From Ruditapes philippinarum (taxonomy: Eukaryota): a stretch of DNA of 64,000 nucleotides. Shown here piece by piece: positions 1 through 9,701 of this stretch. Each line of letters opens with the position of its first letter. Position 1 is the stretch's first letter. Below the pieces are notes generated by a model. It was not told the DNA's origin and searched no databases. It saw nothing but the letters and a program-made list of their open reading frames with translations. Where the stretch lies: the NCBI RefSeq assembly GCF_026571515.1, contig NW_026861937.1, forward strand, positions 1-64,000. The letters are read 5' to 3'. The position numbers and the translations under genes were made by a program.

Positions 1-830
1 AAAGGACTTTTTTTGTCCAAAAATGTCTTCATCCACAAAATAATGAATCAGAAGATTTTTAATTTCTTGTTTACGCATTGAAGATTTAATTTCTGATAAA
101 TTATACTTTTTGCAAGATCGAGCAAATCAGTTTTCTTAGCCAAATCTAATACCTCTTGGGAAGGTTCAGCTACAATTTTTTCTAAATTAAAAGACATGAC
201 TGCTTGCTGCTGGTTTTAAACTCAGAAAGTGATGTGTTTCAAAAATATCAAAATGAAAGGTACACTTAATAGAACAACTATGATATCAACTCAGATGAGT
301 AAATACGGTAATAATAAAATGTAAAATAAACGGTAATAATTTCCAATAATGTAGCCAAAAAGAAATATTCAAATCCCGGACGAGCCCCCAATTTCTGTTA
401 CGAGCCAGGCGTAACGAGAAAGAAAAGCCAGCAACAAACTTGTAACAATAACAAATTTATTACAGAAAAATTATTAAAGAAAAATAAAATAACAAATTAT
501 GTGTACAAATACCTGAAGTCCAAATATAAATGTAAATTACAAATGTGTAGTCTGATCCTGGAATGATCCTTTTTTTATAGCACAGTTAAATCCAAGTTAA
601 ATCCAAGAACACTTTAGAATAAATTCCCACAATAAAATCCACAAGAATAATTTTAACTATTTTAAAATAATCCAAGCTCCAATAAATCACTTAATTTCCA
701 AGTTGAATAATACTCCAAGGTAACTGATGACTTAAAAGATCACTGATGACTTGAAAGGTAAGAGTAATGAAAAATGTCTCCTTATATATATTAACTAAGA
801 AGTTTCTAGAATAGTCTTCCATTTACTACA
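1..830 (-). mobile_element. Degenerate Ty3/Gypsy (Gmr1-like) LTR retrotransposon 5' end: LTR, tRNA-Pro PBS and gag start, running off the left edge; outer LTR boundary unresolved
   Basis: 373-390 reads TGGGGGCTCGTCCGGGAT on the minus strand, the canonical tRNA-Pro PBS. It lies 5 nt from an LTR terminus (TGTTAC on plus at 396). The minus-strand ATG at 197 gives MSFNLEKIVAEPSQEVLDLAKKTDLLDLAK, then after a frameshift YNLSEIKSSMRKQEIKNLLIHYFVDEDIF, resembling Gmr1-type Gag N-termini. There is also a TATA-like TATATATAAGGAG (minus, ~780-790). Confidence 0.7.
373..390 (-). promoter_or_regulatory. Primer binding site complementary to tRNA-Pro 3' end
   Basis: Perfect 18-nt TGGGGGCTCGTCCGGGAT; the match to the tRNA-Pro 3' end extends to TTCAAATCCCGGACGAGCCCCCA (368-390). 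Confidence 0.85.
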
Positions 831-1552
831 GTAATCATAATCTAGCAACTTCAGCCGTTTTGAATAAAAAATCATATTTCAGCGTCTATAATAATACATG
901 ACCGTGTATTTTAATTTATGGTCACAGGTATTGTAAATAAGCTTTGTCAAAAATTAGGAACTTTTCAAGAGGATGAAATATTTTACTTAGAAGTTTTTTT
1001 TATGGCCCAAGCACTTTGAAGAACTGTTCTATTTTATAATTATTTTGTTGATAAAAAAAATTATTCTAAAATCATTGATTCGGAAATTTGCAACTTGTAA
1101 TTGGAAATATAATTTGACCCACAGAGATTCAGTAATAAATACAAAAATTGATTAAATCGTTTTGTATATATGTTAACCTTATTTCCTCCATAGTGGAAAT
1201 GTAAATTTTCAAAACAAAGGGACGTAACTTGGTAATCTGAATCAGAACCGCAATACGGACTTTACCGAGAATATAACTGTACATAGCGCCACCTGTTAAC
1301 ATAATTTGGGTGTCACACATTATTACACCAGATGTCACGTCGTATTATGCTTGCTGCATTCGGCTTTCGGCTATGAGTCATTCTACCTTATGACATTCGT
1401 CATTCAAGCTGAGTAAATAGACCCAAATATAAACAGTTGCAGGTCGAGTTATTGAATTAATATACCAGATCAACAAATGAATAATTATTGATAGTTAAAT
1501 AACGATATCAACATACATTTACGCAAGACGCACACAGCGAAAGCATAATGTG

Positions 1553-1657
1553 CATGTAAGAAAGCAAGATGTAAAAGAAAGAATGCAAGATGTACAAGTA
1601 AGAAAGCACGATGTACAAGTTAGAAAGCACGATGTAACGTAAGAAAGCAAGATGTAA
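1553..1657 (+). repeat. Short ~21-24 bp tandem repeat (about 5 units), probably the subterminal repeat of an old non-autonomous DNA element
   Basis: Repeated AAGAAAGCA(A/C)GATGTA(CA)AGT units. Confidence 0.55.
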
Positions 1658-2543
1658 TTTTGGCATAAATAACCATCCATAGCTTATGCCTGACCAGATA
1701 CTAGGATAGGGGCACCTATGTTTGTTGCAGACACATGTTCACCGCTCCTTTGAATGTTCCCACAGTTAAATAAATCGGAATAAATGAAATCGTTTGAAAA
1801 TATACACATAGTCAGTGATTGTCTGTCTAGGTGTACAACTCTTGTACCAGACCGAACCGGCGATATTGTTTCCGGAAAGCCACTTTATTAAGAAACAGAA
1901 AGCAAAAATATTATGGAACAATAACAAGATTATAAGGTATATACTGCATGAGGCTGGTATGAATGCTAGAAGTCAAGCAAAAAAGGAGACGAAATAATCT
2001 ATTTTATGACATAAAAGAAAAATGTCTTCATAAATGAGACATTGTTCATAAAAATGATATTTTATTTTTGCATATTTTCCAGGCATCTCATAACATTTTA
2101 ACTTGTAGATACACAAAACGATTTATTTGTACTTTTTTCTAGCTTCATTGTTCACATCATATTTATATGAGTAATCCAAGAATGATCACTACTAAATTGG
2201 ACAAAATGTACTATTACCAATAAAGTGTAGTTAAATTATTTATAATAAAATCATTAAAGATCTGAATTCCTTGTCAAAATGATAAGAATCATTTTAATTT
2301 AATTGTTTTTTATATCAAAGTTTAAAGTAAAATACATGCATAAGTAAGAGAAATATTTAAAAATAGATTTTAAGTCTCTATATTTTTTAGCATCCAACAA
2401 TTATAATTTCATCCTCTGAAAATAGCCACCATAGAGCGATTATTACTTTTGAATTGTCTATGTAAGGTTAAATTAACGAGTAAGATTTAATTTACAAGTA
2501 AGGTTTAATTTCACCTTAATTTAGTACTTTATTGATTCATTAT

Positions 2544-2741
2544 TGTTGTATATTGTAAACATATGTTTCATCTTAATAATATCTTATACTGTAATGCGCA
2601 TGTCCATTATCTTCCCGCCACTTATATACTTGGGATATTCAGTTATCATTAAACGATAGAACTAGTAACACGTGTCTGTGTTATATATATTACAAGTGCA
2701 CGCTCTGTGTACATATTAATAAATATACCCATAATACAACA
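2544..2741 (+). repeat. 5' LTR (198 bp)
   Basis: Direct repeat of 7084-7281 with TG...CA ends; contains TATATATA and AATAAA. Confidence 0.97.
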
Positions 2742-2754
2742 TGGTGTCAGAAGT
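2742..2754 (+). promoter_or_regulatory. Primer binding site (tRNA-Leu)
   Basis: TGGTGTCAGAAGT immediately after the 5' LTR, complementary to the tRNA-Leu(CAA) 3' end ACTTCTGACACCA. Confidence 0.85.
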
Positions 2755-2820
2755 TAACGGATTATAATTTTACAGTAAAACGCTTTATAATTGTATGTTT
2801 ATAACGGAGTTATAAGAAAT

Positions 2821-3625
2821 ATGGAAAATAATCATCAACAAAATCCGCGTATGGACCGGGATTCGAAGGACTTAAACAGTGCGTTTAAGAGATTCAAAGA
2901 ACATTCAGAATTCATGTTTAAAGGGCCGTTGGCAAGTAAAACGGAAGAAATTCAATGTAACTATTTGATGTTATGGGTCGGTGAAAAGGGCCGACAAATA
3001 TACTAAACATGGGACTTATCAAACGATCAGAGAAAGAAACTTAAATCATATTATGATAAATTCGAAGAATATTGCAAACCAAAAGTAACATTATATACAA
3101 CAAATATCTTTTTAAATCAAGAGCACAACGGGAAAACGAACCGTTTGAACAATTCGTTACAGAACTGAAAACGCTAATCAAAGATTGTGATTATCCTGTG
3201 GGCATGCAGCAAGATCTTATTCGCGACCATATTGTTTTTGGAGTAAGATCTAGCAAAGTCAGAGAAAAACTGATTGTGGAAGGCTCAGATCTAACACTTG
3301 AAAAATGCGTAGATGTTGCTCATACGTACGAATTGAGTCAGTCTCAGGCACAAGCAATCGCTAGCGGATCTACGACATCTCAACAGTCTGTTGATGCGAT
3401 AAATCGACATTGGAGACGCGAGGCAACAGAAGAGATGCACACCAGAGAGACCGGAAGATGCCACCTCATCAGCAACAACAACCACGACGACAACAACGAT
3501 TTGAAGATTATAGAAAAAAATGTGACAGATGTGGAAATAAACATTTCAATTCTAGTGAATGTCCAGCACAGGGACAAACATGTTTCAAATGTGGACGATT
3601 AAATCATTTTTTCAAAACAATGTAA
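2821..3625 (+). pseudogene. gag: Gypsy gag, broken by one in-frame stop (3004) and frameshifts (~3075, ~3400, ~3612)
   Basis: ORF pieces 2791-3006, 3072-3602 and 3410-3625. They include the motif RAQRENEPFEQFVTELKTLIKDCDY...IRDHIVFG and the Mag-type double zinc knuckle CDRCGNKH....CPAQGQTCFKCGRLNHF. Confidence 0.85.
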
Positions 3626-3768
3626 ATTTAAATCTGTGCACGAGTTACATTATGAAGGTGACACTGTGGATTACGTGTGTGAATCTGACGGCGAGAATGG
3701 CCAAGAATTCTTTGTTCACACGGTAAATTCTTTTTTCATCTTCTCCTGATCAAGTTTTTGTAAATGTT

Positions 3769-5718
3769 TTGATTGGCACACAAGATAAATTTACCAATAT
3801 TTATTGCAAAATTGATACAGGTTCACAAATAAATTGCCTCCCAAATCACATATTTAGGCAACTGAAAATAAAACACCCTTTGGAAGCCTCCAAGGCAAGG
3901 TTAACTTCGTACACAGGTGACCGATTACCAGTGCTTGGAAAATTATGGTTACACTGTAAATACAATAACAAATCAGTGTGTTCCGAATTTTATGTAGTTG
4001 AGAGTTCTGCTACCCCGCTGTTAAGCCTCAAAACATCTATAGATTTAGATCTGTTAAGATTAACGTATTCGGTCAATAAGATTGAGTCTATTGACGCATC
4101 TGACCTTAGTAAGGACACTGTACTTAGAGAGTACAAAGAATTGTTTCATGGGATAGGGTTATTTCCTGGAACATGTTCATTGCATTTGAAGGAAAATGCT
4201 GTACCAGTTGTTTGTCCACCTAGAAAAGTACCATTTGGACTCAGAGATAATCTTAAAAAAGAGCTCGACTCAATGGAGTCAAAACAAATTATTTGTAAGG
4301 TTACAGAACCTACAAACTGGGTTAATTCACGAGTATGTGTTGAAAAACCTTCAACCGGTAAGCTTAGAATCTGTCTTGACCCCAAAGCATTGAATGAAAA
4401 TATACAAAGGCCGTATTATCCATTACGTACTATTGACGACATTACGTCAAAATTGCATGGCGCTAAATACTTCAGTGTATTAGACGCGACCAAAGGTTAC
4501 TGGTCAATTAAATTAGACGACCACTCATCGTCACTAACGACATTTAACACGGTATTTGGACGGTACAAATATTTAAGACTTCCTATGGGCATAAGAAGTT
4601 CTCAAGACATATTCCAACGGAAAATTGACGAGACATTTGAAGGTTTACAGGGTGTGACGTCAATAATTGACGACTTATTAGTGTTTGGAAGCACACGCAC
4701 AGAACATGATAGAAACCTTAAGAACGTACTCGACCGAGCAAAGGCAGCCGGTTTACGATTTAACCCTGACAAACTGAAAATAGGTCTAACGGAGGTTAAA
4801 TATTTCGGTCACGTGATCAGTGCTGATGGACTGAAACCTGACCCTGAGAAAATTAGCGAAGTTATCGAAATGAAAAATCCTGCAAATCGTGCTGACCTTG
4901 AAACCCTGCCGGGTATGATTACATACTTGACAAAATTCTCACAAAATCTCTCGGAGATAACTAGCCCGATGCGAGAGTTATTACGCAATGACGTAGAGTT
5001 CAGATGGGATTCAGCCCAATCTGACACTTTTGACAAGGTTAAACAAGTGATTACACAAGCACCTGTCCTCAGTTACTATGATTCATCGAAGCCTGTTAGA
5101 TTACAATTGGATGCTTCGTCCAAAGGTCTTGGTGTTTGTTGCTTACAAAATGGTAAACCAATTGCATACGCTTCAAAAACACTGACATTGACCGAGACAG
5201 GATACGCACAAATAGAAAAAGAGATGCTGGCAATATTATTTGGATGCACTAGATTTAAGCATTCTATTTACGGACGGCGCACGGTTATCGAATCTGACTG
5301 TAAACCGATAGTATCTATTATGAGAAAACCACTTTATAGTGCCCCGCCTAGGTTACAACGGATGTTATTACAACTTCAAGATTTTGACCTCGATGTTATT
5401 CACTGTAGAGGTAAAGATATTCCGCTTGGAGATGCTCTCAGCCGGAATTACGTAACTGACACTTTTCCTAATCTGATTGACGGCTTAGAAACACATGTAC
5501 ACACTGTACTGAAATCACTACCGATAAGTGATTTAAAATTGCAGGAAATTCAAACAGCAACGCAAAATGATGCTCAGTTACAAACGCTTATTAGTGTCAT
5601 TTCTAACGGATGGCCTGAGGACAGACGAAATTGCCCTACGACTGTATCAGAATACTGGAATCATAGAGACGAATTGGCTTTTGAAGACAATATTGTGTTC
5701 AAGGGTCAAAAATTGTAA
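3769..5718 (+). CDS. pol: Gypsy pol: aspartic protease, reverse transcriptase, RNase H (continues via a frameshift into integrase)
   Basis: Protease KIDTGSQIN; RT motifs LRICLDP, FSVLDATKGYW, RLPMG and IIDDLLVFG; RNase H LQLDASSKGLG, YAQIEKEMLAI and DALSR. Confidence 0.92.
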   Translation: MIGTQDKFTNIYCKIDTGSQINCLPNHIFRQLKIKHPLEASKARLTSYTGDRLPVLGKLWLHCKYNNKSVCSEFYVVESSATPLLSLKTSIDLDLLRLTYSVNKIESIDASDLSKDTVLREYKELFHGIGLFPGTCSLHLKENAVPVVCPPRKVPFGLRDNLKKELDSMESKQIICKVTEPTNWVNSRVCVEKPSTGKLRICLDPKALNENIQRPYYPLRTIDDITSKLHGAKYFSVLDATKGYWSIKLDDHSSSLTTFNTVFGRYKYLRLPMGIRSSQDIFQRKIDETFEGLQGVTSIIDDLLVFGSTRTEHDRNLKNVLDRAKAAGLRFNPDKLKIGLTEVKYFGHVISADGLKPDPEKISEVIEMKNPANRADLETLPGMITYLTKFSQNLSEITSPMRELLRNDVEFRWDSAQSDTFDKVKQVITQAPVLSYYDSSKPVRLQLDASSKGLGVCCLQNGKPIAYASKTLTLTETGYAQIEKEMLAILFGCTRFKHSIYGRRTVIESDCKPIVSIMRKPLYSAPPRLQRMLLQLQDFDLDVIHCRGKDIPLGDALSRNYVTDTFPNLIDGLETHVHTVLKSLPISDLKLQEIQTATQNDAQLQTLISVISNGWPEDRRNCPTTVSEYWNHRDELAFEDNIVFKGQKL

Positions 5719-5741
5719 TACCAAAATCATTAAGACAGGAC

Positions 5742-6860
5742 ATGACTAACGCAGTACATGTGGGTCATTTTGGTGTAGAAAAGACGACAAGACTGGCTAG
5801 GGATATAATGTTTTGGCCATCAATGTCAAAACAAATTACAGATTATGTACTTAAGTGCCAGATTTGTTGTAAATATAGAGACTCAAATAAAAAGGAACCA
5901 TTACATCCTCATGATATACCCCAAAGACCATGGCAATATTTATCATGTGATTTATTTACGTGGAATGGTCAAGATTTTATGGTTCTTGTTGACGCTTACA
6001 GTCGATATTTTGAGTTCGACCTATTGACTAGCACTTCTAGTACTTGTATTTTAAGAAAACTTAAGGTACATCTCAGCAGGTTTGGTATCTGTGAGAAGTT
6101 AAAAACTGACAATGGGACATGCTTTACTAGCGAACAATTTCAGAACTTCCTTAAACAATGGAACATTAAACACGAAACTTCAAGTCCCACGCATGCAAGT
6201 TCAAATGGACTTAGTGAAATATATGTTAAAATTGCAAAACGCATTCTTCAGAAAGCTAAGGATGATAATAAAGATCCTGATTTGCCCCTTTTAGAATATA
6301 GGAATACACCACTTAAATGTGGATGGTCACCCGCTCAACTTTTAAAGGGCAGACGCCTCAAGTCGCTTCTCCCAACAACTAACAATCAGCTTCTGCCACA
6401 AAAAGTAAATCATTGTGAAGCAAGAAAGAAAATGGAAGAATTACAATTTATTAGCAAGAATCATTACGATAAAACTGCGCACAAAATGAGACCTCTAAAA
6501 ATCGGAGAATCTGTCAGAATTCGAAAAGATAAGAACTGGGAACCAGCCAAGGTTATAACCCAGCATAATGAACACTCATTTCACGTGCAGACCCCTGACA
6601 GTGCTGTTTATCGTAGAAATCGCCGTTTCCTAAACAAAGCTCCTGAACTATCTGACCTGTCAAAACAAACACAGCAACCATCTAAAGTCGATGAACACCA
6701 GGAATCTATTTTAAGTGAACAAACAAGTCAAAATACCCCTACAGAGTCCCCACTATCTCTTGCAAATGTGCCAGGTAAATCGAAACCATTCGCAATCACT
6801 AGGTCAGGTAGAGAGGTGAAACCGAATAAGCTTTACTGTGGAAAAGACTGGACAAAGTGA
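5742..6860 (+). CDS. Gypsy integrase (C-terminal part of pol)
   Basis: HHCC zinc finger (HVGHFG...CQIC) and DDE core (SCDLF, KTDNG, SNGLSE). The frame joins the RT-RH frame at an A-run at ~5708-5712. Confidence 0.92.
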   Translation: MTNAVHVGHFGVEKTTRLARDIMFWPSMSKQITDYVLKCQICCKYRDSNKKEPLHPHDIPQRPWQYLSCDLFTWNGQDFMVLVDAYSRYFEFDLLTSTSSTCILRKLKVHLSRFGICEKLKTDNGTCFTSEQFQNFLKQWNIKHETSSPTHASSNGLSEIYVKIAKRILQKAKDDNKDPDLPLLEYRNTPLKCGWSPAQLLKGRRLKSLLPTTNNQLLPQKVNHCEARKKMEELQFISKNHYDKTAHKMRPLKIGESVRIRKDKNWEPAKVITQHNEHSFHVQTPDSAVYRRNRRFLNKAPELSDLSKQTQQPSKVDEHQESILSEQTSQNTPTESPLSLANVPGKSKPFAITRSGREVKPNKLYCGKDWTK

Positions 6861-7083
6861 TAACAATTGTTAAATTGTTGAAATAGCCATTAGTAAAACT
6901 GTAAATCAGTGACATTTAGAAAGGATTAAATTTTTTGCTTGTATATATTAATAATACATGTATATTTCAATGTCATTATTAAAAGATCATCAATTATATT
7001 TGATGTACTTATTATAAATAATTGTTTTTTTACAGATTAATTTGAAGTATACTAAATGTGCTTATATTTTTAAACAAGGGGAA

Positions 7084-7281
7084 TGTTGTATATTGTAAAC
7101 ATATGTTTCATCTTAATAATATCTAATACTGTAATGCGCATGTCCATTATCTTCCCGCCACTTATATACTTGGGATATTCAGTTATCATTAAACGATAGA
7201 ACTAGTAACACGTGTCTGTGTTATATATATTACAAGTGCACGCTCTTTGTACATATTAATAAATATACCCATAATACAACA
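7084..7281 (+). repeat. 3' LTR (198 bp) preceded by polypurine tract AAACAAGGGGAA
   Basis: 196/198 identical to the 5' LTR. Confidence 0.97.
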
Positions 7282-7324
7282 ATTATTTAGTATCATTCAA
7301 CCTGTCAAATTAAGGTGTGAAGCA

Positions 7325-7350
7325 TTGGAAATTCTAACTTTCGTTTTCGT
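7325..7350 (+). promoter_or_regulatory. Composite NF-kB-like + IRF-E/ISRE motif, cGLR copy 1 (kB half altered to GGAAATTCT)
   Basis: TTGGAAATTCTAACTTTCGTTTTCGT, at a conserved position ~260-300 bp upstream of the ATG in 6 paralogs. The reverse strand reads GAAAACGAAAGT = GAAANNGAAA. Confidence 0.55.
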
Positions 7351-7371
7351 ATTGTACAATTTCAATGTAAG

Positions 7372-7606
7372 GTTAATATATATATAACTTCATTTCCATT
7401 TTATATTTGAATTTATAATCCTTTATAAATAGTTATATCACTTATAAAATTTATGCTTTATAAAAAAAATGTAAATTCCGTGTTTTGCGGGGATTTATAT
7501 CGAAGTATTAATTGTTGTTTATTTATCGTGAATACATATTTTTTTAATGAATTGTATTAAAATACCAGAACTTTTTATGAATTAATGAATTTCTGTGTTA
7601 TTTTAG
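7372..7606 (+). other. Putative 5'UTR intron of copy 1 (paralogs: 30076-30324, 37887-38120, 49518-49756, 59876-60115)
   Basis: Conserved AAG|GTAA donor (AAG|GTTA here) and a pyrimidine-rich ...TAG| acceptor exactly 1 nt before the ATG in these copies. A conserved GTCACTTCCGTG (ETS-like) motif lies inside the intron in several paralogs. Confidence 0.6.
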
Positions 7607-7607
7607 A

Positions 7608-9701
7608 ATGTCGACCATACCAGATTACGCTCACAATTTGTCACTTCTAATGTCTCAAGTGATGGATATGATTGGTGTAAACGAGAAGATAGTGATGAAA
7701 AGAAGAAGATCAATGCTACTGAATGAATCACTATTTACGATAACTCGACATCTACTCGGTAGGGAAGGGAATGCGTTCATCTTCGGTAGTCAAATAGAAG
7801 GTACAACAACTCTAGGATTACAGTCTGACACAGATTGTCTTATATCTATGAACAAATTTAATGTGATACAAGACTGGAGTGAATGGGAATATGGTAAACA
7901 TAATTTGTTGATGATACAAGATGAGTATGTCTCACCAGGATATTGTTTGTTACAAATATTAAGAGATGATGCTCCACTACCACACGTAGATGAAGTTAAT
8001 GACCATTCATATAGAGACAGAATGGGGAGAATATTGTTAAAAAATACATTCTTAAATAATTTTGGAAATAATGAATTTATAAGACACGGTCCAGCCCATT
8101 CACAACAAGATGTTCCTGGGGTCAGTGATAATGATTATGTTTTTGCCTTTCCCTGTCATTTAAGACCAATTCAAGCAGGGCATTGGTTAAATCAACATAG
8201 AGAAGAGCATTGGCCTACAAATGATATGATACAGTACTGTAGTAACACGCGATGTTTTGTTGTTGGCGTAGGAAAAACAGGAAGTGTAAATGAAATACTT
8301 GAATGGAGAACATCAACACCATTTGCAGAGAGATTTTTAATGTTTAATCTAAACATAACACAAATTCGATGTTTTGTTTTGATGAAAATGATTTTGAAAA
8401 CATTTGTAACTCAAAGATTTCCTGACAGCATTTCAAGTTTCATGTGTAAAACCGTTTTGATACATTGTATTTCATATACAAGATCTGACGCATGGGAGGA
8501 AAATTCCCTCTTTACCTGTCTATCATTTTGTTTATCAACACTTTACAACTGTGCTCAAAATGAATATTGTCCCCATTTCTTCATCACACAAAATAATTTG
8601 ATGAGCGGACGATATTCTCCGGAATTGAAACCGTTAATACTTGAAACTCTCCGTTATGTAATCGAAAGTAATGGAAGGGCATTGCTTCAAATTGAATGTG
8701 ACAACTTTGGTTTATATCTTCAGCCAAGTTTATATGGTTTTCCACCAATAAATCCACATTTTATACCAACTATCATTGCTGGGCAAATACAAAAATATAC
8801 TGCCTGTGATATAAGCTCACAATTTCTGTTAAGTTTAATGAACGATTTGTCACCAAGACTTGCGATGCAAAAACTTTTAACATTTATGTCATATCACCAT
8901 ATTGAGAATTACACAAACATAGATAGAAAAGCTTACCGTTTGATAGCACGATATTTATGTAGTACACTTGGATCTATTCTAGCATCTTTAAATATTTACC
9001 AACAAGACCATTTAACATACAAAAAGGCTCTTTCATTCCTGTCATTAGGACTTGACTCCGATGTAGCATCTGGTAAACTGAAACTAGCATCTGTTTTCTA
9101 TTGTACCGGAGATATTGAGAGGACTGAAATTATCCTGAAAAATATTGAGGAGTGTTATGATCTAAGTGTTGTTGAACCAGTGTGTGGGTGTTACATTTTT
9201 AAAATGTCACCACGAAGAGATAAATTCAACAGATTATGTTATCAATCAAATGAAGAATGCACACTGCTTAAATATATAACAGCATCATGTGTCTATTTTA
9301 TACGATGTGAAATAAACTGTTGTCCACTAGAACTTCAACATGAAATGTTTAGATCAACACAGGAAGATCTTGCTTACAGAAGTGAAAAAGATAAATGGAT
9401 GAATATGGCTGTTGTAGATTCTCTCCCTTACCTCTACTTCTTGCAGTACAAGACATATTCCCGACTTGGAAGACAAGATGATAAACAGAGGGCTCTCAAT
9501 AACATTGCCAGAACCATGGATGTTGAACCAAATCTCGGACATAGGGACACAGCACTCAATCTTCTCGGCCAATGTATGGAAGAAGAGAATAATCTAGAAA
9601 ATGCTTTCAAATGTTATGCGCGTTCCCTTCAGATAAGAGGACGAAATAATTCGGCAAAAATCCATATTTGTAAGCTGTTACACAAATTGATCAATAATTA
9701 G
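7608..9701 (+). CDS. cGAS-like receptor (cGLR, Mab-21 nucleotidyltransferase) with Cys-rich/TPR-like C-terminus, copy 1, 697 aa, type-A tail
   Basis: NTase signature FGSQIEGTTTLGLQSDTD with third acidic residue in DNDYV. Mab-21 motifs WP, VGVG, EWRxSxxFAER, LMK, SSFMCKT and CPHFFITQNNL. TPR-like ALNLLGQCMEEENNLENAFKCYARSLQI. Confidence 0.9.
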   Translation: MSTIPDYAHNLSLLMSQVMDMIGVNEKIVMKRRRSMLLNESLFTITRHLLGREGNAFIFGSQIEGTTTLGLQSDTDCLISMNKFNVIQDWSEWEYGKHNLLMIQDEYVSPGYCLLQILRDDAPLPHVDEVNDHSYRDRMGRILLKNTFLNNFGNNEFIRHGPAHSQQDVPGVSDNDYVFAFPCHLRPIQAGHWLNQHREEHWPTNDMIQYCSNTRCFVVGVGKTGSVNEILEWRTSTPFAERFLMFNLNITQIRCFVLMKMILKTFVTQRFPDSISSFMCKTVLIHCISYTRSDAWEENSLFTCLSFCLSTLYNCAQNEYCPHFFITQNNLMSGRYSPELKPLILETLRYVIESNGRALLQIECDNFGLYLQPSLYGFPPINPHFIPTIIAGQIQKYTACDISSQFLLSLMNDLSPRLAMQKLLTFMSYHHIENYTNIDRKAYRLIARYLCSTLGSILASLNIYQQDHLTYKKALSFLSLGLDSDVASGKLKLASVFYCTGDIERTEIILKNIEECYDLSVVEPVCGCYIFKMSPRRDKFNRLCYQSNEECTLLKYITASCVYFIRCEINCCPLELQHEMFRSTQEDLAYRSEKDKWMNMAVVDSLPYLYFLQYKTYSRLGRQDDKQRALNNIARTMDVEPNLGHRDTALNLLGQCMEEENNLENAFKCYARSLQIRGRNNSAKIHICKLLHKLINN

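Larger units (their letters stand above)
2544..7281 (+). mobile_element. Full-length Ty3/Gypsy (Mag-like) LTR retrotransposon, 4738 bp, with 5-bp TSD ATTAT
   Basis: Two 198-bp LTRs (2544-2741, 7084-7281) differing at 2 positions, with TGTTGTAT...ATACAACA termini. TSD ATTAT at 2539-2543 and 7282-7286. tRNA-Leu PBS at 2742, PPT at 7072-7083, and gag-PR-RT-RH-IN domain order. A paralogous empty site with a single ATTAT is at 59785-59789. Confidence 0.97.

Noticed and set aside
368-390. tRNA-Pro gene
   Set aside because: Only the 3' 23 nt are present, including CCA, next to an LTR end. This is a primer binding site.
7608-9701. Bacterial CBASS CD-NTase operon
   Set aside because: Genes are kilobases apart with splice signals, LTR elements and SINEs, and no effector genes are present. 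The motifs are of the metazoan Mab-21/cGLR type.
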